Assembly: GCA_011109175.1 (NCBI GenBank)
Contig: RDEW01000006.1
Span: forward strand, 359,668 to 423,667
Direction of reading: 5' to 3'
DNA: 64,000 bases
Origin: Dicyema japonicum
Lineage: Eukaryota; Animalia; Dicyemida
A program made the translations under genes and the position numbers. Position 1 is the stretch's first letter, and every line of letters starts with the position of its first letter. The notes beneath the pieces were generated by a model. The model made no database searches and was not told where the DNA came from. It saw only the letters and a program-made list of their open reading frames with translations. Positions 37,691 to 49,650 of the stretch are shown piece by piece.

Positions 37691-40327
37691 ATTGTGGTGT
37701 GGATAATGAACGATCCAGTTATATCGTTTTTATTATTATTATTATTACCCCAGGATCACTGGGTCAAAGAAAAAGAAATAAAAGTTCTCATCTAACTAAG
37801 TGATCCCAGACCGACAAAGGTGAGGACGAGTCCGGCGAGGTCGAAAATCCTGAACAGCTCTTCTCATTGGACATGGCATCGGCTCAAAATTTCTGTATGA
37901 TTGTAGATAATTCAATAGTATTTGGAATAGAGGAGCTCGGTAGAATAGCCTCCTTTAATAATTTCCGTTGTAGTTCAATTAAAAAGTTTTCAATGGGTTG
38001 GATATTGTGATCTGGTCCAATTAACTTTGCAGTCTCCTCGATTGCAGATAATTTCAATGAGGAAGATCGTGACATTTGCATTGCCCATGAAGGACTTGCA
38101 TACGTCATCGTTGGTCGGATAAATTGTTTGTAAATAGGGCAAAAATCCCAGTTCGATCTCTAAGTGTTTTTGAGAGCACTTTTAAAATTCTCATTTTTTT
38201 CAGAGCAGAAGTTATTTTGTTTTCAACATGCCGGATAAAGGTGAGTCCCTGATCAAAGGTTACTCCCAGAATCTTCGGTGTTTTGTTAATAGAGATAGCT
38301 TCATTCTTCATAGAGACTTTTGGTTCGATACAGAGCTGTCTCTTGTAGGTAGTAAACAGTGTGACAAAGGACTTTGCTGCTGATGTGTCAGTCACTGCTT
38401 CGAGAGCCATAGTTCCGAGTTGTCTAGCATTTGTTGAGCCAACTGAGTTTCTGATTGAATGCTTCTGTTCTTGGAAGCAAGAATGATATCGTCGGCATAG
38501 GAAAGGATTAGACAGTTTTCATCACAGGTTTGTGGAATGTCGTTTATGTAGAGATTGAAGAGTTGGGGTGATAGTGGGAGCCTTGAGGGACTCCATTTGG
38601 GAAATAGCGAAATCTTGATTTGATGTTGTTGCAGAGTACTTGTGCTCGTCTTCCATTTAGGAAGTTTCCAAGCCAAAGTTTCAGGTTCGGATGGATGTTG
38701 GTTTCGTATATTTTCTTTGTTAGGAGTTTCCTAGGTACTGAGTCGAACGCTTTTGTAATGTCCACGGATATTATTACTGTCCTCTGATGGGGTTTGGGGA
38801 GTTAAATCCTTCCGCAATGAATTGTGTGAGGGTTGTGAAGTGTGTTGTTGTCGAATGGTTGTCCCGGAATCCGTGCTGGGTCGGAGGTATTGAGATTGAG
38901 TCTTGTATTTTTTCCAAAACAAGCCTTTCAAGGATCCTTGAGACCGGACTTAGAATAGATATTGGGCGATAGGAAGATGGTTCATCTATTGGTTTGTTGG
39001 GTTTTCGGATAGGTCTGATTAGAGACTTCTTCCATATTTCAGGGATTGTATTTGTGTTAATGGATAGGTTGAAGATATAGGCTAATAGTTCCAGGGCTCG
39101 ATGGCCTAGGTGCTTCAGTTCACATGTGGTTATGTTGTCTGGTCCTTTGGCCTCTGAGTTGTTGGCCTTAGATATGGCTCTGCGAACATCCTGACTAGTA
39201 AATAGATCCAGTCATCGGAGCGTTTCGGTTCAATCTTTTTCAGGAATACTTGGTGTTCTTTTGAAAACATCCTGTAGGATATAGACGTGTAATATTTTAT
39301 CAGAGTGTCTGGTTTTATGTAGACTTCGACTTTTCTCTCTGGGGAGGATCTTTTGATGTTTTTGATCCACTTCCACACTCTTTGCATTGGGGGGTTTTTG
39401 TAGAGAGCTTTCGATAGTCTCGTCCATCTATTTGCATTTTCTGTCTTTATGTTGTTGTCGATCTCTCTGTTCAATTCTCGTATTTTCCTGATGTTCTCTT
39501 CTGTTGGCGATTTTACCATCTTTAGATTATTTCGTTCTCTGATCAGATGTTTCGTCGTTGTGTTAAAACGTTTTGATGACGTTGGTTGTCTCCCCATAGG
39601 AATGTACTTCTTTTTCGCATCGTTTATAATGGAGTTGAACCATTTCACTAATTGTTCGACGGAGGGAAAAGTGGGAAAATTTAATAGTCCAATACAATTA
39701 TCGACAATTCCTTGAATCCTTTCAATTCGCAAGGCTGTAGTTAGTTATTGTTGGGCATTGTCCTTTTATCCGTGACCTTGTTTTGACCTCCAAAAATATT
39801 GGGTTGTGGTCACTACTGGTGTCATACTTCACTGACCAGTCAATAAGTGGGGCCATCATCTTCCCTCTTTTGTAGTAGGTTTGTCCTGTCAGCCACAGTG
39901 GGTGCTTTGCATTGAAGTCACCACAGATAATCACATCCTTTAGTGACGCGAGAGGAGTGAGTCTGGGGGCACTGGACGAGCAGGAACTCAGTGGTGGGAG
40001 ATATGCGTTGACAATTGTTATTGATAGTCTTGGAATCGTATTTTGGTAACCAAAAGTTCGAGATTTCCATATCCTTTAAGCATAGTGTAAGCACTGTTGG
40101 TTATGTCCTCAAACGGAATGCCGTTGCGGATAACTGTGAGAAGACTAAGTTTGCCAATTTCTGTCACGGCGAATTACTGTGAATCCCGGAAATACTGGTG
40201 TTGAATTCTTTGGAGAAAGTTTAGATTCTTGAATTAGCAACAGATCAATGTGATTTTCTTTCACAAATGTCCGAAGTTCGAATATTTTGTTCTTGATTCC
40301 ATTTATGTTCAGTTGGACTATTCTGGC

Positions 40328-40357
40328 TGGTCCAGAGTTTGTCTCAACGTCTCCGCA
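40328..40357 (-). other. 2A-like (StopGo) motif variant CGDVETNSGP
   Basis: In ORF 40145-40570 immediately before the APE domain; S replaces the first P of DxExNPGP. Confidence 0.8.
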
Positions 40358-40403
40358 GCGGCGCAGGCCTTCCTTATTGGTCCACCCGTGAAGATAGGGA
40401 AAG

Positions 40404-40457
40404 TGTGGTTCTTTATTTTCAAATGCCACCACGTCGTCGGCGAGCCACATGACATTT
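40404..40457 (-). ncRNA. Pseudoknot motif copy at the element 5' end, P4 absent
   Basis: aaatgtca/tggcattt (P1), tggctc/gaacca (P2, one mismatch), gcc/ggt (P3); starts about 9 nt from the TSD-defined 5' end. Confidence 0.6.
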
Positions 40458-41004
40458 TTTTTATTAATCGTTTTTAGTGGAATACTTGAAGTTGAATATA
40501 TTAATAATACTGTAATCACATATTTAATAAAAGACAAAATAAATATAATTGACGTTTTTTTTTTTTTCAATCTGGAAATTTTGATTGCCAGCTTGAAAGG
40601 AAGAATAATGATATAGCACTCAGAATATTAACTACAAATGATTCAAATGATTTATATAGTTATTGGAGATTAACATTATATGCTGTTGGTGGAGATAAAA
40701 AATACGTGAATCCTTAACTTTACTAAAAAAGATACAACTAATATAGAGTCGTCAAAAAAAGGTTACCATGACTCAAATGAATTTTAAAAAGCAGATTAAA
40801 GTTAACTGAATGATCAGAGTTATCAAGGATCTGTGTTAGTTTTTGAAAATAATTCATATATGGACTATATATAGTCAAATTCAAAAATAGTTGTAAAAAA
40901 TGTCTTGATTAATTATGATTAAGTATTGCACATAAATGTTAAACTTTAAAAAAAGTAATTCCATTCTATTTTCGAATCATTAATTATAATGTTAATTGGT
41001 AAAA

Positions 41005-41698
41005 TGCTAAATAGTGATTATCTCCAAAGACATAATGAAGTGGTAAAGTGCATCCATCTTCATCTTTGTCGAATTTATGGAATCAAAAGAAGCAGGAAAT
41101 TGAAAGGACATTCGGTTCAGTCAATATTTACGAATCAAAATGTCGAAATTAGAGTTGACACGTCGATTATGACAGAAACAAAAGTCCAATACAATAAACC
41201 TGATATTTTTGTGTACGACAAAAAAGAAGGAAATAACGTTAATTGAAGTGGAATTACCTCACAAGACGACTAAAGCAAGTTGAAGTTGAGAAACTTCACA
41301 AATATGACTTGCTTGCAAATGAACTTTGGCTGCTCTATGAATGCCAAGTGAAGATTATTCCAGTGGTTTTGACATGGGATGGAGTTGTCTCAAGATGCTT
41401 CAAGAATCATATGGATAAATTATCTATTGAAGAATCAACGAGGACTTACATCCAATCGGTTGTGCTGAAGAGAACGCTCGAAAGTATGCTCATTGAACAT
41501 AAGCATGGGATGAAGGTATACGATGAAGAGTACGCCTTTGCTACCTCCCAACTTGTGGAACTGGCATGCCGTGACGACAGCCCACTGGACTCTAACGGAG
41601 ATATTTTGACTGAATCTGATGTGGAGATGCGGAGTAACAGAGAGGTTATGACACATTCTTCTTCTAAGAGAAGAGGGATTACCAACAATCTGGATTAA
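41005..41698 (+). mobile_element. NeSL/R4-like RLE LINE 3' end
   Basis: RHNEVVKCIH, NKPDIFVYDK, KLHKYDLLANEL, IIPVVLTWDG. Confidence 0.88.
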
Positions 41699-43021
41699 AA
41701 TACGCTTAATTAGTTGATTTACTCGTTATTGTTTCAAAACCTAACTATTTATAAAAATAAAAGAATAACATAACTAATTATAGACATTATAAAAATTACA
41801 GATTGTATTCAATTCAGAATTTATCCAAGATTTAAAGATAAATTTAACATATGCATAGAGAACTTTGTCAAAAATTCAAAGTTGATTTAAACAGTTCATT
41901 ATTGTAGAAAATGAAAGCTATATTTATAAAATTTAAAACTCGTGAGATCAAACATAAGAAAATAAACTTGAAGAAAAAATTGATAAACTTAAGGAAAACT
42001 AAGAATTTAAAATTCTGATAAACCCAAGGCAAATTAAAGCATAAAGTGACGACCTTTGAGGAAAATCAACCGAATTCATCAGTTAATACTCAACGACTAC
42101 TTTAATGTATCCAATTCGAAAAACTACAACTCCTCCCAATATCACACAGGTCCGTTCAGAGTCAAATGGAAAGGAAAAAATGTCGAGTCTTTGCAGTTTT
42201 GGAGATCACTCCGAGAAGAGGAAGAGAGCAAATGATCCTTTTTTTCATGACATACTGGATCTGGTTGTCACCAGTGGTCAGATGACGCCATTCTAGTAGA
42301 TCAAGACAAGAGGAAAGGAAGAAAAACCTTCGACCAAGTAGTTAGTGGAAGGAATTGGTCCCAACTAAAATTCCTAACATTAAGTGGAAATAGCTTATTT
42401 GAAAATATTACTAAATTAATTAGTAAATACGGTTTTCATTTTAATTGCTGTTTTGAATTAACTCAGATTTTCATTATGATTGATGTGTCTCATTTTGACG
42501 AGACTCTATAATGCACCGTCAATCATGTAACTCAAGACTAAGTTTCTAGTTATAACAATATTCAAACAGTATAGTGTACACATGCTCTGGATTAACGATT
42601 GACACGGTTATCAGTGAATACTTCATTGCGGAACCTGATCATCTATAGAGTACCTACCCCCAGCAAAAAAGATAAAAAATGAAATGAAGAGCATTCCTTC
42701 TCTTCTCCCTCATCGATTAGTTATAATAACTATTCTTTACTTAATTCTTTTGTTGATTAGTTATAACCCACATCCAGTCAAGAGATAGTGCAGAATCAAT
42801 GATATTGGTGTAGATGTGGTCGGCATCATATTTGACTTTGTTTTTTCACAGGGTGGCTGAGGAATCTTTACTAGTTCGCGAAACAGGTTTCTATAAATTA
42901 TCATAAGAAAGTTCTCTGTGTGGTTCAAGTTGTGGCAAAAGTGTTCTCTTAGAACAAGTGGCCACAATAATATTCCTCAAATGGTTATATATTCAGTTCT
43001 CTATCATAGAATTGTCTAAAA

Positions 43022-43620
43022 CAGCGGTTCTCAACCTGGGGTCGATTCGACCCCCAGGGGTCTAAAATCAATCCAGATCGATCGTAAGGGGGTCGAAAAT
43101 AAATTTAACATATTTAATTTTTTTATTTTAAATTAAGTTAGTTTATTTTTAAAGTGGTAAACCTTTGTCTTTAAAATTTGTAAAATTTCCATGATTGTTT
43201 TTGTTCGTGTATGAGTCTTCGTTCTACAATAAAAATTCGTCAATATAAAAATGAATATTTAAATTTATAAAAAATTCTATTGATAATAGACCATATTGCT
43301 TACTGCGTAATAAGTCATTATCAAATGATGCAATGAAACCGTCCAAATTGTTGGATCATCTTAGGAGAAAACATTCGGATAAATAAGATAAACCATTAGA
43401 GTATTTTGAAGATTAAAAGGATTTTTTCGTAAACAAAACGATTGACACTGTTTTTGAAAATAGTAATGAAAGAAACAATAGTTGTTGTTATTTTAAATTA
43501 TATTTAAGAGCACTAATAGATCTTTAAAAATGCAATGATTATTGCCAAAAATGAGAGTTCTCATGTTTCTGGTGAAAATCTCATCAAAACCATCTATATC
43601 AGTGATTCTATGAGATCTGA
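43022..43620 (+). mobile_element. hAT (Buster-like) left end and transposase fragment
   Basis: CAGCGGTTCTCAACCT terminus; LSNDAMKPSKLLDHLRRKH, GENLIKP motifs; no right TIR seen. Confidence 0.78.
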
Positions 43621-43842
43621 CGGGTTTAAATCCTTTTGAACCATTCTTTCCGGCCATCGTCACAAAGACTTCACAACCATGTTTTATCAAGAATAGTTGT
43701 GTACTTTCGATGCCAGCCAGGCATTGGGCGTCTCTCTAGTAAGGTGGTTTTAACTACGCCTTCAAACGTAATAAATTGTTTTTATATATTTTATTTACAT
43801 AATTAAAATAATAAAATAATTAATTCAAAAAATATGTGTTTT

Positions 43843-43998
43843 ATGGCACTGGATAGCAGTTCTTCTAGTTATCGAAGTAGAGACAGATCACATGAACGGT
43901 AATTGTAAAACACATTGATAGATCAAGAAGGCGTCGTTCTAATTGAAGACATAGTCCTGAAGATAGAAGACAAAGAAAAGACCACTCTTGCAGTCATT
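43843..43998 (+). pseudogene. 5' fragment of an RS-rich (SR-like) protein gene
   Basis: MALDSSSSSYRSRDRSHER, 23-nt intron 43899-43921, then SRRRRSN*RHSPEDRRQRKDHS; TGA at 43944-43946; donor gtaagt at 43999. Confidence 0.5.
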
Positions 43999-44131
43999 GT
44001 AAGTACTATTTTCTAATTATTGTGTTATAAACTGATTATATTTCTTTTATAGTAAATATTATACTTCCAATTAACTACTCTATTCTAATCTGGCCTGATA
44101 CTATTCTTATATTCCCTTATTGTGCTTAATA

Positions 44132-45818
44132 TGTCACATGGGCGGCGCGTAACGCATGGGCAGCCTGTTACATTTTTTCGACCTTGAAAAGGTCTTTTGA
44201 TTATCCGACATTATTATTATTATTACCCCCAGGATCACTGGGTCAAAAAGAAAGAAATAAAAATTCTCATCTAACTAAGTGATCCCAGACCGACAAAGGT
44301 GAGGATGAGTCTCTCATTAGATTATCCGACATTTAATTTTATATATCCGATTTATATCGTGATTTAATTCTGTTAAATTAGTTTTTTATTCATAAATGTT
44401 ATGATTATAAAGATTTTATTTTTTATAGCGGTAAACCTAGATTTCTAGCGTGATTTATAGCATGGAAGATTATTTTGTTGCAATGGCTTCTTACAAGGGT
44501 TTTGTGAAAGATTGATGCTTTGCATGATAAATTTCCCGAAAATCTTCCGAGCACCGAAAATATAGGCTTGTAAAGAAGATAGAGAATTTTTCTATTATCA
44601 ATGACAGGTATTGTAAATTTTCAATAATTTTAGACTATCTTAAATCAACTGATCCCAAGTTAGTCATATCCCTGGATAATGAAACCGAAATGGAGCATGT
44701 TGCGAAATCGTTGCACAAGTTTTCACACGGAGGAGTCAATAAAATTGAGTATGAATGTCGACAAAGATACTTCACTGTAAAGAATGAGATTATCAGAAAA
44801 GTCATTCGAAATTGTGAAGTCTGCAAATTTTCGCTGGTAAAGAAGTATGTGAAAACTTAAGATCTTTGTTCCGCCTGAATGGGCCATGTAAATTTCTTCA
44901 GTCGGACAATGGTTCTGAATTTAAAAATCAAGAAACAACAAAACTTTGCGGAGATTTTAACATTAAGCAAATTCACGGAAGGCCTAACAATCCACGAGCA
45001 CAAGGAATTGTCGAAAGAATCAGACGATCACGAGGAAGTTGTCAAAAATGCTGGATAACAGTGAAAAAAAGTGGCTTGATGAATTAGAAAGTGCTGTCTA
45101 CAGTTACAACATATCGGTCCATTCATTTTCTAACGAAAGTCCTTTCGAAAGATATCGAGGAATTAAGGGAATAAATTCAATAATTAATGGTTATACTTAT
45201 ACACATTATGACTTAGATAATTTAAGTGATGTGTGTGCGATTCCAGAACAAATTGACGATTTGGTTAATTGTTCGACTCCAGAATCTATTGAAAATTCAC
45301 TTAGTTTGATTTAAAATATTTATATCTAGATAATTCCCAGTCAGATAATTTGTGTCCGAATGCGAAGAGATTCAACTTCGAAATTAAATCGATTGAAGAA
45401 AATTCAAATTATTACAAAGCTATGAACAGGAAAATGAATGTTTATAATAGTAAATATACTTTTAACATGGGAGATAAAGTATGAATCAAAAACATTAATA
45501 AATAGGTTCGGGCTAAAAAGGACTTTGAACGAATCCCTCATTGCGACTGGATAAGTTTGAGTCTCAGTATTATCCAGTTGCAGATATAATTAATATTGTA
45601 TCGAATAATCGCGTGGAGGTAGTTTTAAATAGTTTAATTTGATAGATAAAAAATTCGAAAGGAGAAATATCGACTGTATTAATGAGTAGACTAAAAAAAG
45701 TCACTTAAATTTAATTTTTTGGTTAATAAATCATTTATATAATTAATTAATTGAAGTTAATCTTGGTTCAAGGTTAATGTAACAGGCTGCCCATAGGTAA
45801 CGCTTGGCCCATGTGACA
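44132..45818 (+). mobile_element. Second Ginger-like transposon family, complete ends, deleted transposase
   Basis: About 43-nt TIRs TGTCACATGGGC..GGGCAGCCTGTTACATT; 5-bp TSD TAATA (44127-44131, 45819-45823); H..HGG..CEVC zinc finger; LQSDNGSEF, GRPNNPRAQGIVER, YSYNISVH. Confidence 0.9.
44213..44319 (-). mobile_element. About 107-nt 5'-truncated insertion of the 37733-type LINE
   Basis: Same 3' UTR and (TAA)n tail; 14-bp TSD GATTATCCGACATT at 44199-44212 and 44320-44333. Confidence 0.92.
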
Positions 45819-46775
45819 TAATATAACATTTGGATAAAGATCTTCGAATAGTGGGGAAACAATTAAAAGACGGGGACGACCTTGACGCCTCTAATGGATC
45901 TACGAAAAGCACCAACCGGCTCTAATGGATCTACGTAAGACAAATCGTAATGAGTACTCCATATCTGTATCACTGAATGATATATGGTCGGCTGTATTAT
46001 TTTTTCGGACTAGACGGGTCTATGTCCGATCCATATAAAAACCTGTAACCGATATGGAAAACACCCATGGAAAACACCCCAATGAATTCAATAAAAGCTT
46101 TATTGGACAATATCTTACGGGAGAGATTTCTTACCACGTGAACTCTTGTTTGTTTCCACACTGATTGCTTTCAGGAAGCCTGTGGAGGGATAAGATTCAT
46201 CGATATTGGGAATGTCCTGAGGAGCATGACAGTCAAAATCGGTTAAAACCAAAGCAGCCTGTAAATTCATAAACACCGAACTGAATCCAACTCAAATTGG
46301 TGTTGGATTCCTCTGCACGAGAGGCGGCAATACACTCTGCTCGTAATTTCATTTTATTGGATTTTCAGAATATGATGATTAATTTGGATCTCCGCAATAT
46401 TGAAGCGAAATTGACTGAAATCCATGACTGCAATAATGTGATTCACTCGAACCGTTGCTTATTACCCTAATTATCGATCCTGTTGTCTCGTCAATTAGAG
46501 CTCCATAAATGTCTGGTACCTCGAAATTGGAGCCACGTTTGAAAGAGATTGGAAAACGCTAGCGATAGAGGTTAAGTCAACCCTCTCTGCTCACTTACCC
46601 TCGGACTAAAGCCAAAGTCTTCTAAATCGAAATTATCAACGTGGATTGCACTGACGAAAAATTCTTTCAAACTCTCTATACAATTTCGCCCTTCTTCCCG
46701 GAGATATTACTCAGATCTCCTCTATAGAAAAGCTTCCCCGCGTTATAACATTATCCGGATAAATGTTGTTAGCGT

Positions 46776-46835
46776 GGTGTCATGTGGCTCACCAGAAATG
46801 GTGTCACCCATTCCAAAAAGGAACGAAAAGAGCCA
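46776..46835 (+). ncRNA. Complete pseudoknot motif copy
   Basis: ggtgtc/gtcacc (P1, one mismatch), tggctc/gagcca (P2), acc/ggt (P3), ttcc/ggaa (P4), then cgaaaa. Confidence 0.7.
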
Positions 46836-46927
46836 ACAGCTTCTCCCCGCCGTCCGGTGGTCCTTTCATCTCCTGTGTCTTCGACCCTATCTGGTGTCCC
46901 CATTTGTCCAGACTTTTGATTCTTCTA

Positions 46928-46957
46928 TGTGGAGACGTCGAAACCAATCCTGGTCCA
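46928..46957 (+). other. Canonical 2A (StopGo) motif CGDVETNPGP
   Basis: Exact DxExNPGP; followed by in-frame TGA at 46958-46960, then APE in the same frame. Confidence 0.9.
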
Positions 46958-48689
46958 TGAAAAGGTTTTACAATTATACAACTGAATACGAATGGGATCA
47001 GGAAGAAAATCTTTGAACTCCGGACACTCTTCCTAGAGAATGAGGCTGACCTCGCTTTAATACAGGAATCCAAGCTATCTCCCTCCATACCAACACCCTC
47101 TTTTCCCGGATACACAGTGATCCGTAAAGATCGTCAGGGAGGACGCGGAGGAGGACTACTTACTATTATAAAAAACGATATTCCTTTTATGTATACAACT
47201 CAACGAACCTCAAAGCTTCTTGGCTCCGACAAGACTTTGGAGCAAATTACTGTCAAAATCGAGTTATTCCCGTCTTTTTGGATCCATTTGGCTAATTTAT
47301 ATATTCCTCCATAAGGATCGTGTCCGTCATCTTACACCCCTGATTTATCACACATTTCAACATTGAAAAATCTACTGTTATGTGGGGATCTAAATGCACG
47401 ACATCCAGTTTGGCTCACTTCCCAATCCTCTGATAACCGAGGAGAACTCATTGCAAATTATCTTCCTGACCTGATTATACTGAACAACCCTAACTCACAT
47501 ACGAGGATCCCATTAAGGATGACTGAATAAGCTGCACATCCCCAGACTTAACATTATGCTCACCTTCTCTGGCTGGACTCATTTCTTGGAACGTCTTTTA
47601 CGGCTTCTCAAGTGACCACAATCCAATCCTTCCAAAACTGAGAGGTCTTCTACGGTACAGGAGACGGTCGGCGGAATCAAAAAGATTCAAGGATTACACG
47701 AAGGTTGCCTGGTCTGGTTTCAGTAACCTTGTGGATAAATTCTTGGCTCGGAGATTATCCTCCCAATACGCTCTATTGATGAGGCCGCAAAAATTATCAG
47801 CGCTGCCATTCAGAAAGCTGACCATATTTTTATTCCTATATCGTCATACAAGAAGTTTATTCCTACCCTCAGCTCTTATACAATAAGTCTTATAAAACAG
47901 AGAAATGTTGGACATGAAGTTTTTGACAGCCCTCAGACAACTGAATAAAAGGATCTGTCAGAACATAAAAGAACACAAGGACAAGAGATGGCAGCATCTA
48001 GTTAACCACCTCGACAGGAAAAGTTCATCCCGACATTTCTGGAAAACTCTTAAACAAGTCAAGTCGGAGCTGGATGATGCAGACGGAACCGGAAAGTCTT
48101 CTCCTGAACACTTATGCCACCTACATCCTAACACCCTTATGAAACATTACTCTGGAATTAGCTTCAAACCATTCTCGAAATACCTGGACATTAAGGTGCG
48201 TGCCCATAAACCGAAGAAGGAACCTTACCACGAACTATTCACAGATGACCAAATCTTGGATGTGATCACCAGATTAAAGAGCTCACGGGCGTGCGGGCCT
48301 GACAAATTGAAGGCTGGGAAACCAGAGACAGAACCTGCCTCCTACAGGCCTATTTCCGTTACCAGCACACTGTCAAAAATTATGGAGAAACTTGTATTAT
48401 CAGTCATTATTCCGTATCTTCCACGTCCTATATTTCAACATGGTTTCCTCCGCGGTAGGTCCACCGCTACATACTTGGCAACCCTATCGCAGTTCATTGC
48501 CGACGGTTTTAACACCCATCCCCCGCCTCACAAACGCACAATCTTGGTTTCTATTGACATCAACAAAGCCTTTGACACTGTTTCGAGGAAAATCCTGGTT
48601 GGAAAAATATTTTCTACTAATATTCGTCCGAATGTGAAATTATGGCTGGCCAACTTTTTGTCTGGAAGACGTGGAAGAGTAGTCAGTGT

Positions 48690-49650
48690 GATTATTATTA
48701 TTTAAGCCAAAGAAACACCGTCTTAACCAATAACTAATATTCAGGTGATCCCGGCATCTCTCAATAATCGGGCCATTTTTTCTCGATGCTCCGACTGTGA
48801 TCCCACGCATTTTCTATACGGACGGGGTCTTTTCCTTTCCTCCTCTGAAATTGCCTCCAGTTGCCTCTATGATAGACTCGAGTGCTCTGGGGGCAATTTC
48901 TATATCTGTATATTTTTCTAGTAATTTTTTTGCTCTTGACTGGATCTCTTGAATTTTTGTTAGGTTCGTTGCCGACAGGTTAGATCCCCATGCAGCACAT
49001 GCATAGCCTATTGTTGGCTCGACATACTGCTTGTAGAGGGTCCCGATACCTGGCGGATAAATTCCTCCACAGTTCCAAAGGAAGGCCTTTACAAAATTGA
49101 TCTTCTTTGCACAGGTTGATATGATAGATTCCACATGGGCTGAGAAGCAGAGGAAAGTATCAAAAGTCACTCCAGTATCTTCTGCGATTTTTTTGTGGTA
49201 TAGGTACTCATTTAACGTGACATCAATTGTTTGCGTTCCCATCTTTCTATTCTTAGTATAGAGTAACTGCTGAGACTTTTCGGAACATGCATTTAATCGA
49301 TTTTCGCACAACCATCCAAATATGTTATTTAGTATTCCTTGTAGTCTTTCTTTAGCATGACATTTACGTCTCTAGATGCGACAACTATGTCATCGGCATA
49401 AGAAAGTAGCATGTCATTATTATTCATAGGTACGGGGAGATCACTCGAAAACAAATTAAAAAGGATTGGTGACAGAGGAGATCCTTGGGGTACACCATTG
49501 GGTAATAATCCTGATTTGGAACTCTTGTTTCCGACGGACACTTTCCCTCGGCGTCCACTTACGAAATTTGTTAACCATAACTTTAATGGTGCATCAATTT
49601 TTGTCAAAAATATTTTTCGTATGAGGATCTTCCTTGGGACAGAGTCGAAA
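48690..49650 (-). mobile_element. ingi/Vingi-like LINE 3' part (RT C-half, (TAA)n tail)
   Basis: GVPQGSPLSPILFN, LSYADD, LYKQYVEPTIGYACAAW; a related + strand RT piece follows at 49650-49930. Confidence 0.85.

Larger units (their letters stand above)
37733..40466 (-). mobile_element. Full-length but frameshifted ingi/Vingi-like LINE with 5' RNA motif, 2A-like peptide, APE and RT
   Basis: TSD ATCGTTTTTA at 37723-37732 and 40467-40476; (TAA)n tail; CGDVETNSGP then QLNINGI..IQESK; CGDFNAKH; GVPQGS; YADD. Confidence 0.9.
46774..48690 (+). mobile_element. Second ingi/Vingi-like LINE (5' RNA motif, 2A, APE, partial RT), truncated by another LINE
   Basis: LLILLCGDVETNPGP*KGFTIIQLNTNGIRKKIFELR..IQESK in one frame; GDLNARH; SDHNP; YRPISVTS; DINKAFDTV. 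Confidence 0.88.

Noticed and set aside
37810-37850. gaggacgagtcc..gtcgaaa looked hammerhead-like
   Set aside because: No CTGATGA core and no three-stem closure on either strand
2323-40476. ATCGTTT occurs in the TSDs of both the RTE and the ingi-like element
   Set aside because: Different clades, only two cases, short AT-rich word; the 44199 TSD of the same ingi-like family differs
40580-40710. YWRLTLYAVG resembling a proprotein-convertase P-domain end
   Set aside because: The upstream reconstructed peptide lacks the other P-domain motifs
42270-42300. ggcgtcatctgaccactggtgac (minus strand) as a fifth copy of the RNA motif
   Set aside because: P2, P3 and P1' are incomplete; too degenerate to count
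6913-43998. Stop-codon reassignment (in-frame TAA/TAG/TGA in host genes, e.g. lectin PFLC*)
   Set aside because: Most TAGs are intron acceptors; Gln is encoded by CAA in long exons; a 615-aa TE ORF has no in-frame stops; remaining stops imply no consistent amino acid
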